Virus record (IMG/VR): IMGVR_UViG_3300035698_012504
Span: 1-58,693 of that record
Direction: 5' to 3' (one strand)
Origin: a virus
Length of the DNA stretch: 58,693 nt
Made by a program: the position numbers and the translations under genes. This document shows, in pieces, positions 13,926 to 23,380 of the stretch. The notes under the pieces are model-generated. The model was not told the origin of the DNA. It was given only the letters and a program-made list of their open reading frames with translations, and searched no databases. Position 1 is the first letter of the stretch. Every line of letters begins with the position of its first letter.

Positions 13926-14189
13926 ATGTATGTATCCGAACAATTCATAAATAATTTACAAGAGAAGGGGCGCTTTGTTAGGGTTGCTAAGAAGCTATTC
14001 AAAAAGAAAAAACCTGAAGCACCACCTCCACCAAAAGGCATTAAAGAAAAACTTCAGCGTAAGTTTGCATCAATGAAAAATAATGCTGCTGAAAAAGCGA
14101 AAAAGAAAAAGAGAAAAAATACTATGCATGCGACAGCTGGAGTCGGAGTAGTTGGGATGGCTGCATTAGGAGCCCAAGACAGGCACTAA
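13926..14189 (+). CDS. MY[IV]SE-family small protein: Lys-rich with a Gly-rich hydrophobic C-terminus (87 aa)
   Basis: N-terminus MYVSEQFINNL is shared with 43963, 49862 and 53000. C-terminus ATAGVGVVGMAALGA. Confidence 0.7.
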   Translation: MYVSEQFINNLQEKGRFVRVAKKLFKKKKPEAPPPPKGIKEKLQRKFASMKNNAAEKAKKKKRKNTMHATAGVGVVGMAALGAQDRH

Positions 14190-14211
14190 AATATTAAGGT
14201 AGGATTTTAAA

Positions 14212-15132
14212 ATGAGTAATGATTATAGAATATTTATTCACGTTGATGGAAATAGTCCTGGAGAATATACATATGGAGATTTATATTTTGAATATAAACC
14301 ATATTATATAGAGCGGACTAATAATGGTAAAACATTATTTGCACAAACCGCATCAGTAGAAGGAAAGTCTGCTTACTTAGATCCAGGCCATCCTGATAGA
14401 TCGTCTATTACAAATTATACAATTGAAGATAGAAGCTCTGTTAAAACCCTACGAGTTAGAGCATCTAGATCAGATGATGGATTGAGGTTGGAAAAACATA
14501 TCACAATACATCCCCCAAAATCCAGCAGTCTCGATAAAGGACAATATCATCGAGGTGCTCATGTAAAAGTATCTATAAATTATGACAATACAAAATATTC
14601 ATTAGTTGGTTGGAAAAAAGATGGAATTTTATGGTTAGAAACAACTGGGGATTCATCTAGTGTATACACTAACGACAATATCAAAATAGAGATGAATAGT
14701 AATATAACATTAGAGGCCTTATTTGTAGAGCAACCGGAAGCGGTGTTAAATAATAATGGGTCAATTACACAGACAGACACCCACTCTACAAGCGGTGTCT
14801 TAAATAAATTAGGTACGTTTGATTCTGGAGGAGTAGTTGTAGATCAACTGATGGCATCAGTGTCATCAAATGTGTTTGATCATCCTGGAACAGTAATTAG
14901 AAGTCCGTTAGTTCTAAACTATCAAGGTCCATATACTGCACTCGAATCATTAAGTATAAAAGAAGAAATAGTTCAAACGATAGGTAGAAAAAATAGTACA
15001 GCTGGTGGACCACTAATTAATAGGGGCGATCTAACTGTACTTGAAACAAGAGAACAATCTTGTAGACTGCTATATCCCGCTAGTGAAAGTGAATTTAGAT
15101 CCTGTATGGGTGACTTATACAATCAACTTTAG
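14212..15132 (+). CDS. hypothetical protein (306 aa)
   Basis: AAGGTAGGA RBS. Long ORF. Confidence 0.75.
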   Translation: MSNDYRIFIHVDGNSPGEYTYGDLYFEYKPYYIERTNNGKTLFAQTASVEGKSAYLDPGHPDRSSITNYTIEDRSSVKTLRVRASRSDDGLRLEKHITIHPPKSSSLDKGQYHRGAHVKVSINYDNTKYSLVGWKKDGILWLETTGDSSSVYTNDNIKIEMNSNITLEALFVEQPEAVLNNNGSITQTDTHSTSGVLNKLGTFDSGGVVVDQLMASVSSNVFDHPGTVIRSPLVLNYQGPYTALESLSIKEEIVQTIGRKNSTAGGPLINRGDLTVLETREQSCRLLYPASESEFRSCMGDLYNQL

Positions 15133-15142
15133 GAGGAATTTA

Positions 15143-16684
15143 ATGAGTTGGGTTTCACATAGACTAATTATGCATAATGACCCTAATACGTCCTTATCGC
15201 TCAATGTCTATCTCGAATCAGGAGTATTTGTTGAGAACGTTGGATACGAAAAGAAAAACTATGTTCCTGTTCGGTTAATGTTTCAAATAGTAGAATTTAA
15301 GAAAGAAACTAATTACTCTAAAATAGAACTTAATTATCCTGAACTAGTAGAATTGAATAGTAAAATTAGTAGGGCGTTGAGAAAACTTGACATCCTCTAC
15401 GATAATAAAGAAAAAATAACTATTGCGAAGTATACAGCGAAAGCTAAAAAACTTTTAACATTCACATTTAAAAGAAATCAAAATAAAGAGGGTGGAATAT
15501 CTATTAAGATAGATGACCAGAATGGTTCATTTGAAATAATGTTATCATTCACTACATTCCTGACTATAACTGAAGCGTTATCATCCATGGTAAGCAACTT
15601 CCCAGTTGTCTCTACAAATATGATGATAATTTCAAATCAAGAAAGAATACTAGAGTCGTTAGATAGGTTAGGATCCATACAACCAATCGCTACACCTCGA
15701 CCCGAACGACAACAAGAAAAAGTAATAGCAACCTCTAGTGCTGATGACTTCGATATAGTTAAAGAAGAGCCTAAAGTTGCAGCATCCTCTGGATTTGATG
15801 TGGAGGGGTTAGACCTCGACGCACTTAAAACTCAAATCACTGACGGGATAACCGATGGGATAGAGGACGAAGTATCTGATGACCGGTTTTTTCGGGTAGT
15901 ACTTAAAAATGATTTAACTAATCTAAAAAGTTGGACGACTTCTGTGCTCTGTACAGGAAAAGACACAGAAGCTATCATGTTTAGTCCATTATATGCATTA
16001 TTACGCAGTTCAATGAGTTTTAAAGATTTTAGTGAGCTTGAATTTAGAAAATCCTTCTTTAGTTATCAAGCAACACTACTAAAAGAAATTAAAGATCGTT
16101 CATTAAAGTATGTTTCGGGGGAATCTAAAGGATTTGGTATAATTCCCAACTATTCATTGAATTTTACAACTTCAGAATCGAAAAAAGTTTTTAGAACTGC
16201 ATTAGAATTATTCACTACCTTAGTAATTTATAGTAAAATAGCAATAGAAATATCTAGAATTAACAACTATGAAGTTAAAAATGATGCAGATGGTTATATC
16301 ATCGCACAATTTATACTAAATTCGACATTATCCCCACTAATAAAATCAATTTCAGAGAATTATAGAGATAAATTCTTAATGGATGCACTAAATCAGTTCA
16401 TTAGCATAAATGAATCAAGTATCATGACTAAAATTAGTACCGAATTTAATCAAATAACTGGTAAAAATTTATCAATTTCTGTCAAAGAATTCGAAATTAT
16501 GGCTGAAAAGCTAATCAATTCAGCTGAAAATAACAAAGATATAGAAGTTTTTCAAGAAAATATAACAAATATCGAAGATGTAAGGGATTTCTTTAATTCT
16601 ATTGAAGAAATAGAAGAAGATGATGTCCCTGAAGAAGAATTTCAAGTAGATACAATGGAAATTTTAAAAATAATGGATGAATAA
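15143..16684 (+). CDS. hypothetical protein (513 aa) with an acidic central linker
   Basis: ATG 15143 lies 5 nt after TAGGAGGA. ORF-track start 15041 overlaps the upstream gene. Confidence 0.75.
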   Translation: MSWVSHRLIMHNDPNTSLSLNVYLESGVFVENVGYEKKNYVPVRLMFQIVEFKKETNYSKIELNYPELVELNSKISRALRKLDILYDNKEKITIAKYTAKAKKLLTFTFKRNQNKEGGISIKIDDQNGSFEIMLSFTTFLTITEALSSMVSNFPVVSTNMMIISNQERILESLDRLGSIQPIATPRPERQQEKVIATSSADDFDIVKEEPKVAASSGFDVEGLDLDALKTQITDGITDGIEDEVSDDRFFRVVLKNDLTNLKSWTTSVLCTGKDTEAIMFSPLYALLRSSMSFKDFSELEFRKSFFSYQATLLKEIKDRSLKYVSGESKGFGIIPNYSLNFTTSESKKVFRTALELFTTLVIYSKIAIEISRINNYEVKNDADGYIIAQFILNSTLSPLIKSISENYRDKFLMDALNQFISINESSIMTKISTEFNQITGKNLSISVKEFEIMAEKLINSAENNKDIEVFQENITNIEDVRDFFNSIEEIEEDDVPEEEFQVDTMEILKIMDE

Positions 16685-16690
16685 TTACAA

Positions 16691-17314
16691 ATGTCTTTCA
16701 AATCGAAAATATTAAACATAAAGTTATCCCCAATGTGTAACAGGTCTCTTGTTTATACTACGTACCCTGCTGGTGTTCCAGTACATTTCTCTGTTAAGTT
16801 TCACAAAACTAACCCAGGGATTCAATTTGACGTTGGGAATAAAAACAAGGTTATAGAATCAGGAGAGGCAGTTGTTCGGATGTTTAGAAATCTGAACAAC
16901 TGTCTGTTCTGTAACATATTCTTAGATCTTGAGACTATACAGACAGGTAAACATGACTATAAAAATAGGTTTTCTTCGGTAAGGAAGCACTATAAAGATA
17001 AAGTCTTTAGATTCATAAATGAAAGATTAGATTTACATAGTAGTAATAATGGAAAAAATAGTTATCATAATAGTATAGGTGTATCGGGATGGAAAATCCA
17101 TGGGCTGGAGGATGACCTACTTTTTTATTTCGTTCAAAGAAACTTTTTCAATAAGATAACTGCAACAAATATAATAAGAACTGCAGGATTACAGTTCTCC
17201 ACGGCTAGAGGATTGAAATCTTTAGAAAATTATAAAGATGACTCTGAAAACTTCTTTAGAAAAGTTAATGAAAGTGATAATATGCAATTTCTTAATGAGG
17301 CTTTCAAAGAATAG
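16691..17314 (+). CDS. hypothetical protein (207 aa)
   Basis: Long ORF packed tightly against its neighbours. Confidence 0.7.
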   Translation: MSFKSKILNIKLSPMCNRSLVYTTYPAGVPVHFSVKFHKTNPGIQFDVGNKNKVIESGEAVVRMFRNLNNCLFCNIFLDLETIQTGKHDYKNRFSSVRKHYKDKVFRFINERLDLHSSNNGKNSYHNSIGVSGWKIHGLEDDLLFYFVQRNFFNKITATNIIRTAGLQFSTARGLKSLENYKDDSENFFRKVNESDNMQFLNEAFKE

Positions 17315-17323
17315 GAGAATATA

Positions 17324-18589
17324 ATGGCAGAAGAACCACTAAATCACCACATATCACCAAACATGGCGCATCACTATTATATTAATAATGTATTTAGTGC
17401 TTTTATACGTGGGATCGCAGATTATTTTAAAACAGAATGGTTTGATGGTAGAAATAAAGATATTGTAATATCTACATATGAAAAAGCAGTAGAACATTTT
17501 AGAAACCGTCAGAACTTTGGAGGAGAGAAATTTTCTCCCAAATATCCATTTATAACATTCAATCCAGAGATTGACTTCGAGCCAGATGACCCTATGGGGA
17601 AATTCTTTCACAATTATCCAATATACAAAGGTTATTCTTCACAAATAGCTGCTAATTTATATAGTCCTTATATTTTTGAAGATGATAATGTGACTATTTC
17701 TGCAGTTATGAATAGATATAAAGGAAACTTTGAAATGATATTGTGGGCTAGTTCTGTATATGAGCTAATAGATTTTAAGGCGTATACATATCAGTTTTTT
17801 GGTGGTATGAATCGCCCAATATATCCTGCTATAATCGAATCATACCTTACTCTACCAGATGAATTTATATATTATACATATGATAACCCATATACAGCAG
17901 AAAAATACAATCTAGATTGGGAAAAATCAACTGGAGAAATAAATCTATTTAAAAACATCAACCAGAACAAGATGGTGTTTCCCTTTGTTCTGAGACCTTG
18001 GATTAAACTAACTGGTGCCAGCGATGGTTCAGAAAAGTATGGTGGTTCTGGAGATGAAATCGGAGATCATAGATTAGTTATTAATATGGAATGGGAAGTA
18101 ACATTACCGACCCATATGATAATGAGAGCAAGGAAGTTTCCAGATAGGTGTCATAAATTTCAGATGGATATACAAGTATCATCAAGATATATTCCACTAG
18201 CAAATGATTCAAGTACCCAGTATCCTGTAGCAGATGAAGTGACCGTTGTTTATGATGACATGATTGATTCGACTGCATCAGCTGAAGAAGCAATGGTATC
18301 AGTTGACCTAATTTATCACGATGCATATCAGTATGTTTGGACACAAGAGGATTACGATCTAGCAAATTCAACTACAGTGGCCGACAAGGATAAAAAGATC
18401 TCTTTAGATATTCCGAGAGAACCAACGGACTGTGTGTATCTAAAAGTGTATGGTAAGTATGGGGAGCTAGTTCGAGACTTCTATTGGAATGTGGTATCAC
18501 AAAACCAATTAGAATTGGTAGCATTTAATTTAAATTCATTAGAAGTAGATGATATATTAATGATTGTATATTATACAGAAAATGATTAG
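17324..18589 (+). CDS. hypothetical protein (421 aa)
   Basis: TAGGAGAA RBS. Long ORF. Confidence 0.75.
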   Translation: MAEEPLNHHISPNMAHHYYINNVFSAFIRGIADYFKTEWFDGRNKDIVISTYEKAVEHFRNRQNFGGEKFSPKYPFITFNPEIDFEPDDPMGKFFHNYPIYKGYSSQIAANLYSPYIFEDDNVTISAVMNRYKGNFEMILWASSVYELIDFKAYTYQFFGGMNRPIYPAIIESYLTLPDEFIYYTYDNPYTAEKYNLDWEKSTGEINLFKNINQNKMVFPFVLRPWIKLTGASDGSEKYGGSGDEIGDHRLVINMEWEVTLPTHMIMRARKFPDRCHKFQMDIQVSSRYIPLANDSSTQYPVADEVTVVYDDMIDSTASAEEAMVSVDLIYHDAYQYVWTQEDYDLANSTTVADKDKKISLDIPREPTDCVYLKVYGKYGELVRDFYWNVVSQNQLELVAFNLNSLEVDDILMIVYYTEND

Positions 18590-18610
18590 GAGAGATTTGG
18601 AGAATAAATA

Positions 18611-19177
18611 ATGTCTAAAAAACTTTCATATGAATATGTAAAGCAATATTTTGAAGAAAATAGTTGCGAATTATTAGAAAGGGAATATGATAATTGTATG
18701 ATTAAAATGAAATATAAATGTTCTTGTGGAAGAATAAGTAAAATAAGTTTTAATAATTTTAAAAGTAAACATAGATGTAGTGATTGTGGTGGGAATGAAA
18801 AACATTCTTATGAATATATAAAACAATATTTTAAAGATAATAATTGTGAATTATTAGAAAAAGAATATATTAATAATAAAACTAACATGAAATATAAATG
18901 TGAATGTGAAATATTACTAGGATATTCTAGAAAAGATATTTTAGAGTATCTTAAGAAGGATCCAAATTTTGATAACTGGGTAAAGAATTCATCCAGCTGG
19001 CACATAGATCATATTATTCCAATAAAAGCATTTGTAGAAAATGAAATAACTAATCCGAAAATAATAAACGCTTTAGATAATTTAAGAATTATACACTGGA
19101 AAGAAAATTTACAAAAAGGTGCTACATTTAATAAGAATGAACTTCAAAGTTATGTGCAATCGAAAGGTATATTATGA
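18611..19177 (+). CDS. HNH homing-endonuclease-like protein, family copy 1 (188 aa, internally shortened)
   Basis: Two N-terminal YEY[VI]KQYF..CELLE..MKYKC.C modules. C-terminal HNH core WHIDHIIPIKAF...NLRIIHWKENLQKG. Confidence 0.75.
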   Translation: MSKKLSYEYVKQYFEENSCELLEREYDNCMIKMKYKCSCGRISKISFNNFKSKHRCSDCGGNEKHSYEYIKQYFKDNNCELLEKEYINNKTNMKYKCECEILLGYSRKDILEYLKKDPNFDNWVKNSSSWHIDHIIPIKAFVENEITNPKIINALDNLRIIHWKENLQKGATFNKNELQSYVQSKGIL

Positions 19178-19704
19178 TAAAATATGTCAAAGGTGATTTG
19201 TTCCTAACAGACTGCAATTCTATTTGCCATGGCGTGTCGTGCGCTGGTGTGATGGGAGTCGGGGTTGCTAAGAGAATGAAAGAAAGATACCCTGCTAATT
19301 TCAAATACTATCATAACCAATATAAATTTAAAAAATTGAAACCAGGTGAAGTATATATCTTTGCAGGATATCCTAGAAAAATTATAAATCTTACAACTCA
19401 AAGTCAATATGGTAGAAAGAGAATTAAGTATGCGACATTGGAAAATATTAAATCTTGTTTTTTGAAACTTAAATTATTACTACCAGAATATAATAAGGTG
19501 ATAGTTAAAAAGGGAAGCGGACCCATACAAAGTATTGCTCTTCCTAGAATAGGATCTGGATATGGCGGACTTAATTGGAAAGATGTTAAAAATCTTATAG
19601 ATACTCATCTCTCTGATACAGTACCCATAGTAGTATTTGAAGATTTTAAATATGGAATGAAGGCAGAAGAAGAAAATGAATTTCTGTCAAAGGAGCTGAA
19701 TTAA
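19174..19704 (+). CDS. macrodomain (ADP-ribose binding/hydrolase) protein
   Basis: VKGDLF...CHGVSCAGVMGVGVAKRMKERYP and IALPRIGSGYGGLNW, the typical macro-domain motifs. ATGA overlap with the upstream HNH. Confidence 0.65.
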   Translation: MIKYVKGDLFLTDCNSICHGVSCAGVMGVGVAKRMKERYPANFKYYHNQYKFKKLKPGEVYIFAGYPRKIINLTTQSQYGRKRIKYATLENIKSCFLKLKLLLPEYNKVIVKKGSGPIQSIALPRIGSGYGGLNWKDVKNLIDTHLSDTVPIVVFEDFKYGMKAEEENEFLSKELN

Positions 19705-19708
19705 AAAA

Positions 19709-20176
19709 ATGGGTGCAAGTAAAAGAATAGTTCAGATTTTAGAGGAAGCATTTAAGGCAGCAGTAGTTGATGCTATTGTATGCGATGAGACTGAAACCAA
19801 AGGTAGTTCTTGGATAAGGATCACCCTAAAAGATAGTGGGCCTTTCTTTATATTATGTAGAGCACTAGGCATTAATGATAACATGCGATCTAAAAAGGGT
19901 GGAATTCTTCATATTTATGTATCTCATAATCCGTGTCAAGAACAAAATAGAGCATATGCAAAAGCTTTTACCAAGATTTTAAATGATCATGATATTACTG
20001 CAACTGTAGAAGATCCAGAATCTGGATCAATTCCAGAAGAAGTAAAGAAGCAGTTAAAGAAAAAAATACAAGAGGCTCAGGAAATACATAAGAGACTCGG
20101 AAAAATAAAAGACGAGGACCTGGAAGATTTTCAAGAGGACGAGTGTTATGAAGATACAGAAGAGGACGATGAATAG
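19709..20176 (+). CDS. hypothetical protein with an acidic C-terminal tail (155 aa)
   Basis: ORF only 4 nt downstream of the macro-domain gene stop. No recognisable motif. Confidence 0.7.
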   Translation: MGASKRIVQILEEAFKAAVVDAIVCDETETKGSSWIRITLKDSGPFFILCRALGINDNMRSKKGGILHIYVSHNPCQEQNRAYAKAFTKILNDHDITATVEDPESGSIPEEVKKQLKKKIQEAQEIHKRLGKIKDEDLEDFQEDECYEDTEEDDE

Positions 20177-20185
20177 AAAGGACGA

Positions 20186-20374
20186 ATGATGGTTACTCAA
20201 AGTGTACAAGAAATTCTTGATGCGATGGAGAAAGTCAAAGACGTAGATTTTAGACCATTAGGTCCGCCACTTGACGCAGAGGAACGTAGGAAGCGTGTAC
20301 TGGATCTATGTGAGAGATGGAAAGATGCGCCATATATTGGTGAAGATGAATTTTTAAAGTTGGAAGGAAGATAA
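20186..20374 (+). CDS. hypothetical protein (62 aa)
   Basis: GAAAGGA RBS. TAATG overlap with the next gene. Confidence 0.6.
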   Translation: MMVTQSVQEILDAMEKVKDVDFRPLGPPLDAEERRKRVLDLCERWKDAPYIGEDEFLKLEGR

Positions 20375-20727
20375 TGAACAGGGAAGAACTCAATAAAATA
20401 TTTGAGGAGACAGTACAAGAATGCCGGGAAATTTTATTTTCTAAGAATATGGAATATAGTAGAGATTCGAATGCTCTTGAAAACTTTGATGTTACATCGG
20501 CTGCGGCTGGTATAACAGAACTTCAGGCTCTGTACGTTTTCCTCAGAAAGCATATAAATAGTATAGAAACATATATAAGAGAAGGTGAAACATATTCAGA
20601 TGAAACTATACAAGGTAGAGTGTACGATTGTATCAATTACCTAATTTTATTCAATGCACTTCTTAAAAGAGAAGAATTAAGAAATAAAACTGAGAAAGTA
20701 GAGAAGGATAAGATATTATTAGAATAA
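20374..20727 (+). CDS. all-helical protein, possibly DUF1599-like (nucleotide-modification-associated domain 1)
   Basis: The KNMEYSRD...NF...LRKHINSIE...DCINYLILF pattern resembles that family. From memory only. Confidence 0.35.
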   Translation: MNREELNKIFEETVQECREILFSKNMEYSRDSNALENFDVTSAAAGITELQALYVFLRKHINSIETYIREGETYSDETIQGRVYDCINYLILFNALLKREELRNKTEKVEKDKILLE

Positions 20728-20746
20728 ATAATATTAATTAAAAATT

Positions 20747-21434
20747 ATGGGTAAAAAATTAACTTATGAATATGTTAAACAATACTTTAAAGATAATAAT
20801 TGTGAATTGTTAGAAGATGAATATATTAATTCTAGGACTAAAATGAAATATAAGTGTTCATGTGGGAATACATCTGAGATTAGATTTAGTGATTTTAAAA
20901 ACGGTCATAGATGTAATAAATGTGGGACTAAAAGGACCCGTGATAAATTAAGTCATAGTTATAAATATATAAAGCAATTATTTAAAGATCAGGGGTGTGA
21001 ATTATTAGAAAAAGATTATGTTGATAATCATACTAATATGAAATATATATGTTCTTGCGGTAACTCTGCAGAAATAACTTTTAACAGATTTCAATATGGA
21101 CATAGATGTATGAGATGTGGAAATGATAAGATATCAGGTCATAATCATCATAATTGGAACCCTGATAGAAATGTTGTTAGGAAGACAAAAGAGATACACA
21201 ACTTAAGTGCGTCATATAAAAATAACTACAGAAAGAAACATAACATCTAAAGACGTGCATATAGATCATATAATTCCGGTAAAAGCATTTGTGGAAAATG
21301 GGATATTTGATTTAGATATAATCAATGATGATAAAAATTTACAGTTGCTTTCCAGTAGGGAAAATTTAAGTAAAAGTGGTAAATATAATCAGGAAGATCT
21401 TGTAATATTTTTAAAGGAAAGGGTATCGGTATAA
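20747..21434 (+). pseudogene. HNH homing-endonuclease family copy 2, split by a frameshift (20747-21250 / 21207-21434) and internally deleted
   Basis: The N-terminal modules and NWNPDR are in one frame. The HNH core VHIDHIIPVKAF...NLQLLSSRENLSKSG is in the +1 frame. The linker present in copies 3 and 4 is missing. Confidence 0.6.
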
Positions 21435-22388
21435 ATGAGAGTTGAGAATACATTATTTGTTGAGAAGTATAGACCTAAATCATTAGATGAAATGATTCTT
21501 AGTGATGATTATAGAAAAATATTTGAAGAGTTTATAAATAAGAAAGAAATTCCAAATCTACTTTTATTTGGTCCGCCGGGCGGCGGAAAAACTACGATTG
21601 CTAGAATTTTAATTCATGAGATAATGCCAGATAATATTGACGTTCTATTTTTAAACGGGAGTGTCACCACTGGAGTGGACGTGCAGAGAGACCTTGTGGA
21701 AGAATTTCTTTCCGTTGCGAGTATAAGCGGATGCAATTATAAAATAGTATTTATAGATGAGGCTGAGATGCTCAGTATAAATGCACAAAAAGCATTGAAG
21801 AGTATCACGGAAGAATTTACGGCGTATGGACGTTTTATATTCACTACAAATGACCCATCAAAAATAATAGACCCGCTACATTCACGATTCCAAGCATTTC
21901 AATTCAATAGTTTGAATAAAGAGTTTGTAAAATATCATGTGTTTACTGTATTATCTGCAGAAGAAATTACATATGATGTAGAGGTAGTAGAAAAAACAAT
22001 AAACACATTTTATCCTGATGTTAGAAAAATTCTAGGGACAATACAATCTAGAATAGTTAATAAAGAATTAATTATAAATAAAGAAGATTTAAATTCCACA
22101 GAATTATTAATTGTAGAAAAAGTTAAAGTCATGGTAGATCGAATCTTGAATGGGAATAGTGCAAGTGAGTCAGCTATACAAAAAATAATTTCTGAAGAAG
22201 ATGTTGATTTCTTTAATTTGTATAGAGAGTTGTTTAAATCACCCGATATTCCTCCGTATATAAAAATTGTTGTAAATAAATATGCAATTTCTCATATGAA
22301 TGCTATGATATCAGAGATGAATTTTATGTCTTTTGTTTATGAAACTATGAAAATCGCGTCTCACGTAAAATCACTGAAAGGGAAGTAG
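21435..22388 (+). CDS. clamp-loader ATPase subunit (RFC small subunit / T4 gp44-like)
   Basis: FVEKYRPKSLDEM, Walker A GPPGGGKTT, DEAE box FIDEAEML, and the SRF motif in LHSRFQAFQF. Confidence 0.9.
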   Translation: MRVENTLFVEKYRPKSLDEMILSDDYRKIFEEFINKKEIPNLLLFGPPGGGKTTIARILIHEIMPDNIDVLFLNGSVTTGVDVQRDLVEEFLSVASISGCNYKIVFIDEAEMLSINAQKALKSITEEFTAYGRFIFTTNDPSKIIDPLHSRFQAFQFNSLNKEFVKYHVFTVLSAEEITYDVEVVEKTINTFYPDVRKILGTIQSRIVNKELIINKEDLNSTELLIVEKVKVMVDRILNGNSASESAIQKIISEEDVDFFNLYRELFKSPDIPPYIKIVVNKYAISHMNAMISEMNFMSFVYETMKIASHVKSLKGK

Positions 22389-23380
22389 TGGTATATAAGA
22401 ATCTGGAAAAGTTAAGGTCTTTTTTAGACAAGAAGACCGGCTTAGCATATTTTAATGGATCGCATAGTGAATTAATTTGTAGATGTCCTTCTTGCGAACC
22501 AGATTCTAAAAGAAGACATGGACATTTATATATTAGTACACACGAACCACTTTTTAACTGTTTTAAATGTAATTATAAGGGGCTTGTAACCAAATTATTA
22601 AGACTTTTGGACGAAAATCCAGAAGATTACCTATATTTAGACAAAATTAAGATAAAAAATAGTGAATTTTCATTAAATCGCCCCATTTTTGAAGTAAAAA
22701 CTTATGATATTCCAGAAGACACTAAGCTATCTAAAATAAAACGGGCGTATTTAAAGACGAGATTAGGGGTTGATTTAGATGAGGCGAAGGTGCCGAATCT
22801 AATAATTGATCTTGAGCGGTTCATAAACATTAACAATCTTAGTATACCTGATTCGGTATTGGGACTATATCCATACTTATGTGAGAACTTTATTGGATTC
22901 TTATGCAATAGAGGTACACTAATAATATTAAGAAATGTAGACTGTAATGCTAAAATATCCCATTTTCGGTTAAAAATAGGAGAAATTGGTATTTTTAGTG
23001 ACTTTTATGGGTTAAAAATAGGACCAAGGCGACCAAATCTTAATAAAATCGTACTTTGTGAAGGAATCTTTGATGTTTTATCGTCGAAGTCAAGGACTGA
23101 ACTTGATAATATACTTGGTGGTACTCATTTCCTTTCTGCGGTATTAGGAAGACATTATTATAATACCTTCACATCTATTTTAGATTATTGCAAATTAACG
23201 ATGGCGGACGTAGTTATTCTTGGGGATAATGATGTCCCAATAAAAGAATACGATTTTATAAGAAATCATCCATCTGTAGTAGGATTTAATCTATATATAA
23301 ATAAAATTGGTCATGATTTTGCAACTAAAAATATAGAACCATTGAAAGTAGTTACTGGAAAACCAAATAGGAGAGTGTAA
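22388..23380 (+). CDS. DNA primase-like protein (zinc ribbon + Toprim)
   Basis: CRCPSC...H.H...CFKC zinc motif. Toprim-like CEGIFDVLS and ILGDNDVP. GTG start overlaps the upstream TAG. Confidence 0.5.
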   Translation: MVYKNLEKLRSFLDKKTGLAYFNGSHSELICRCPSCEPDSKRRHGHLYISTHEPLFNCFKCNYKGLVTKLLRLLDENPEDYLYLDKIKIKNSEFSLNRPIFEVKTYDIPEDTKLSKIKRAYLKTRLGVDLDEAKVPNLIIDLERFININNLSIPDSVLGLYPYLCENFIGFLCNRGTLIILRNVDCNAKISHFRLKIGEIGIFSDFYGLKIGPRRPNLNKIVLCEGIFDVLSSKSRTELDNILGGTHFLSAVLGRHYYNTFTSILDYCKLTMADVVILGDNDVPIKEYDFIRNHPSVVGFNLYINKIGHDFATKNIEPLKVVTGKPNRRV

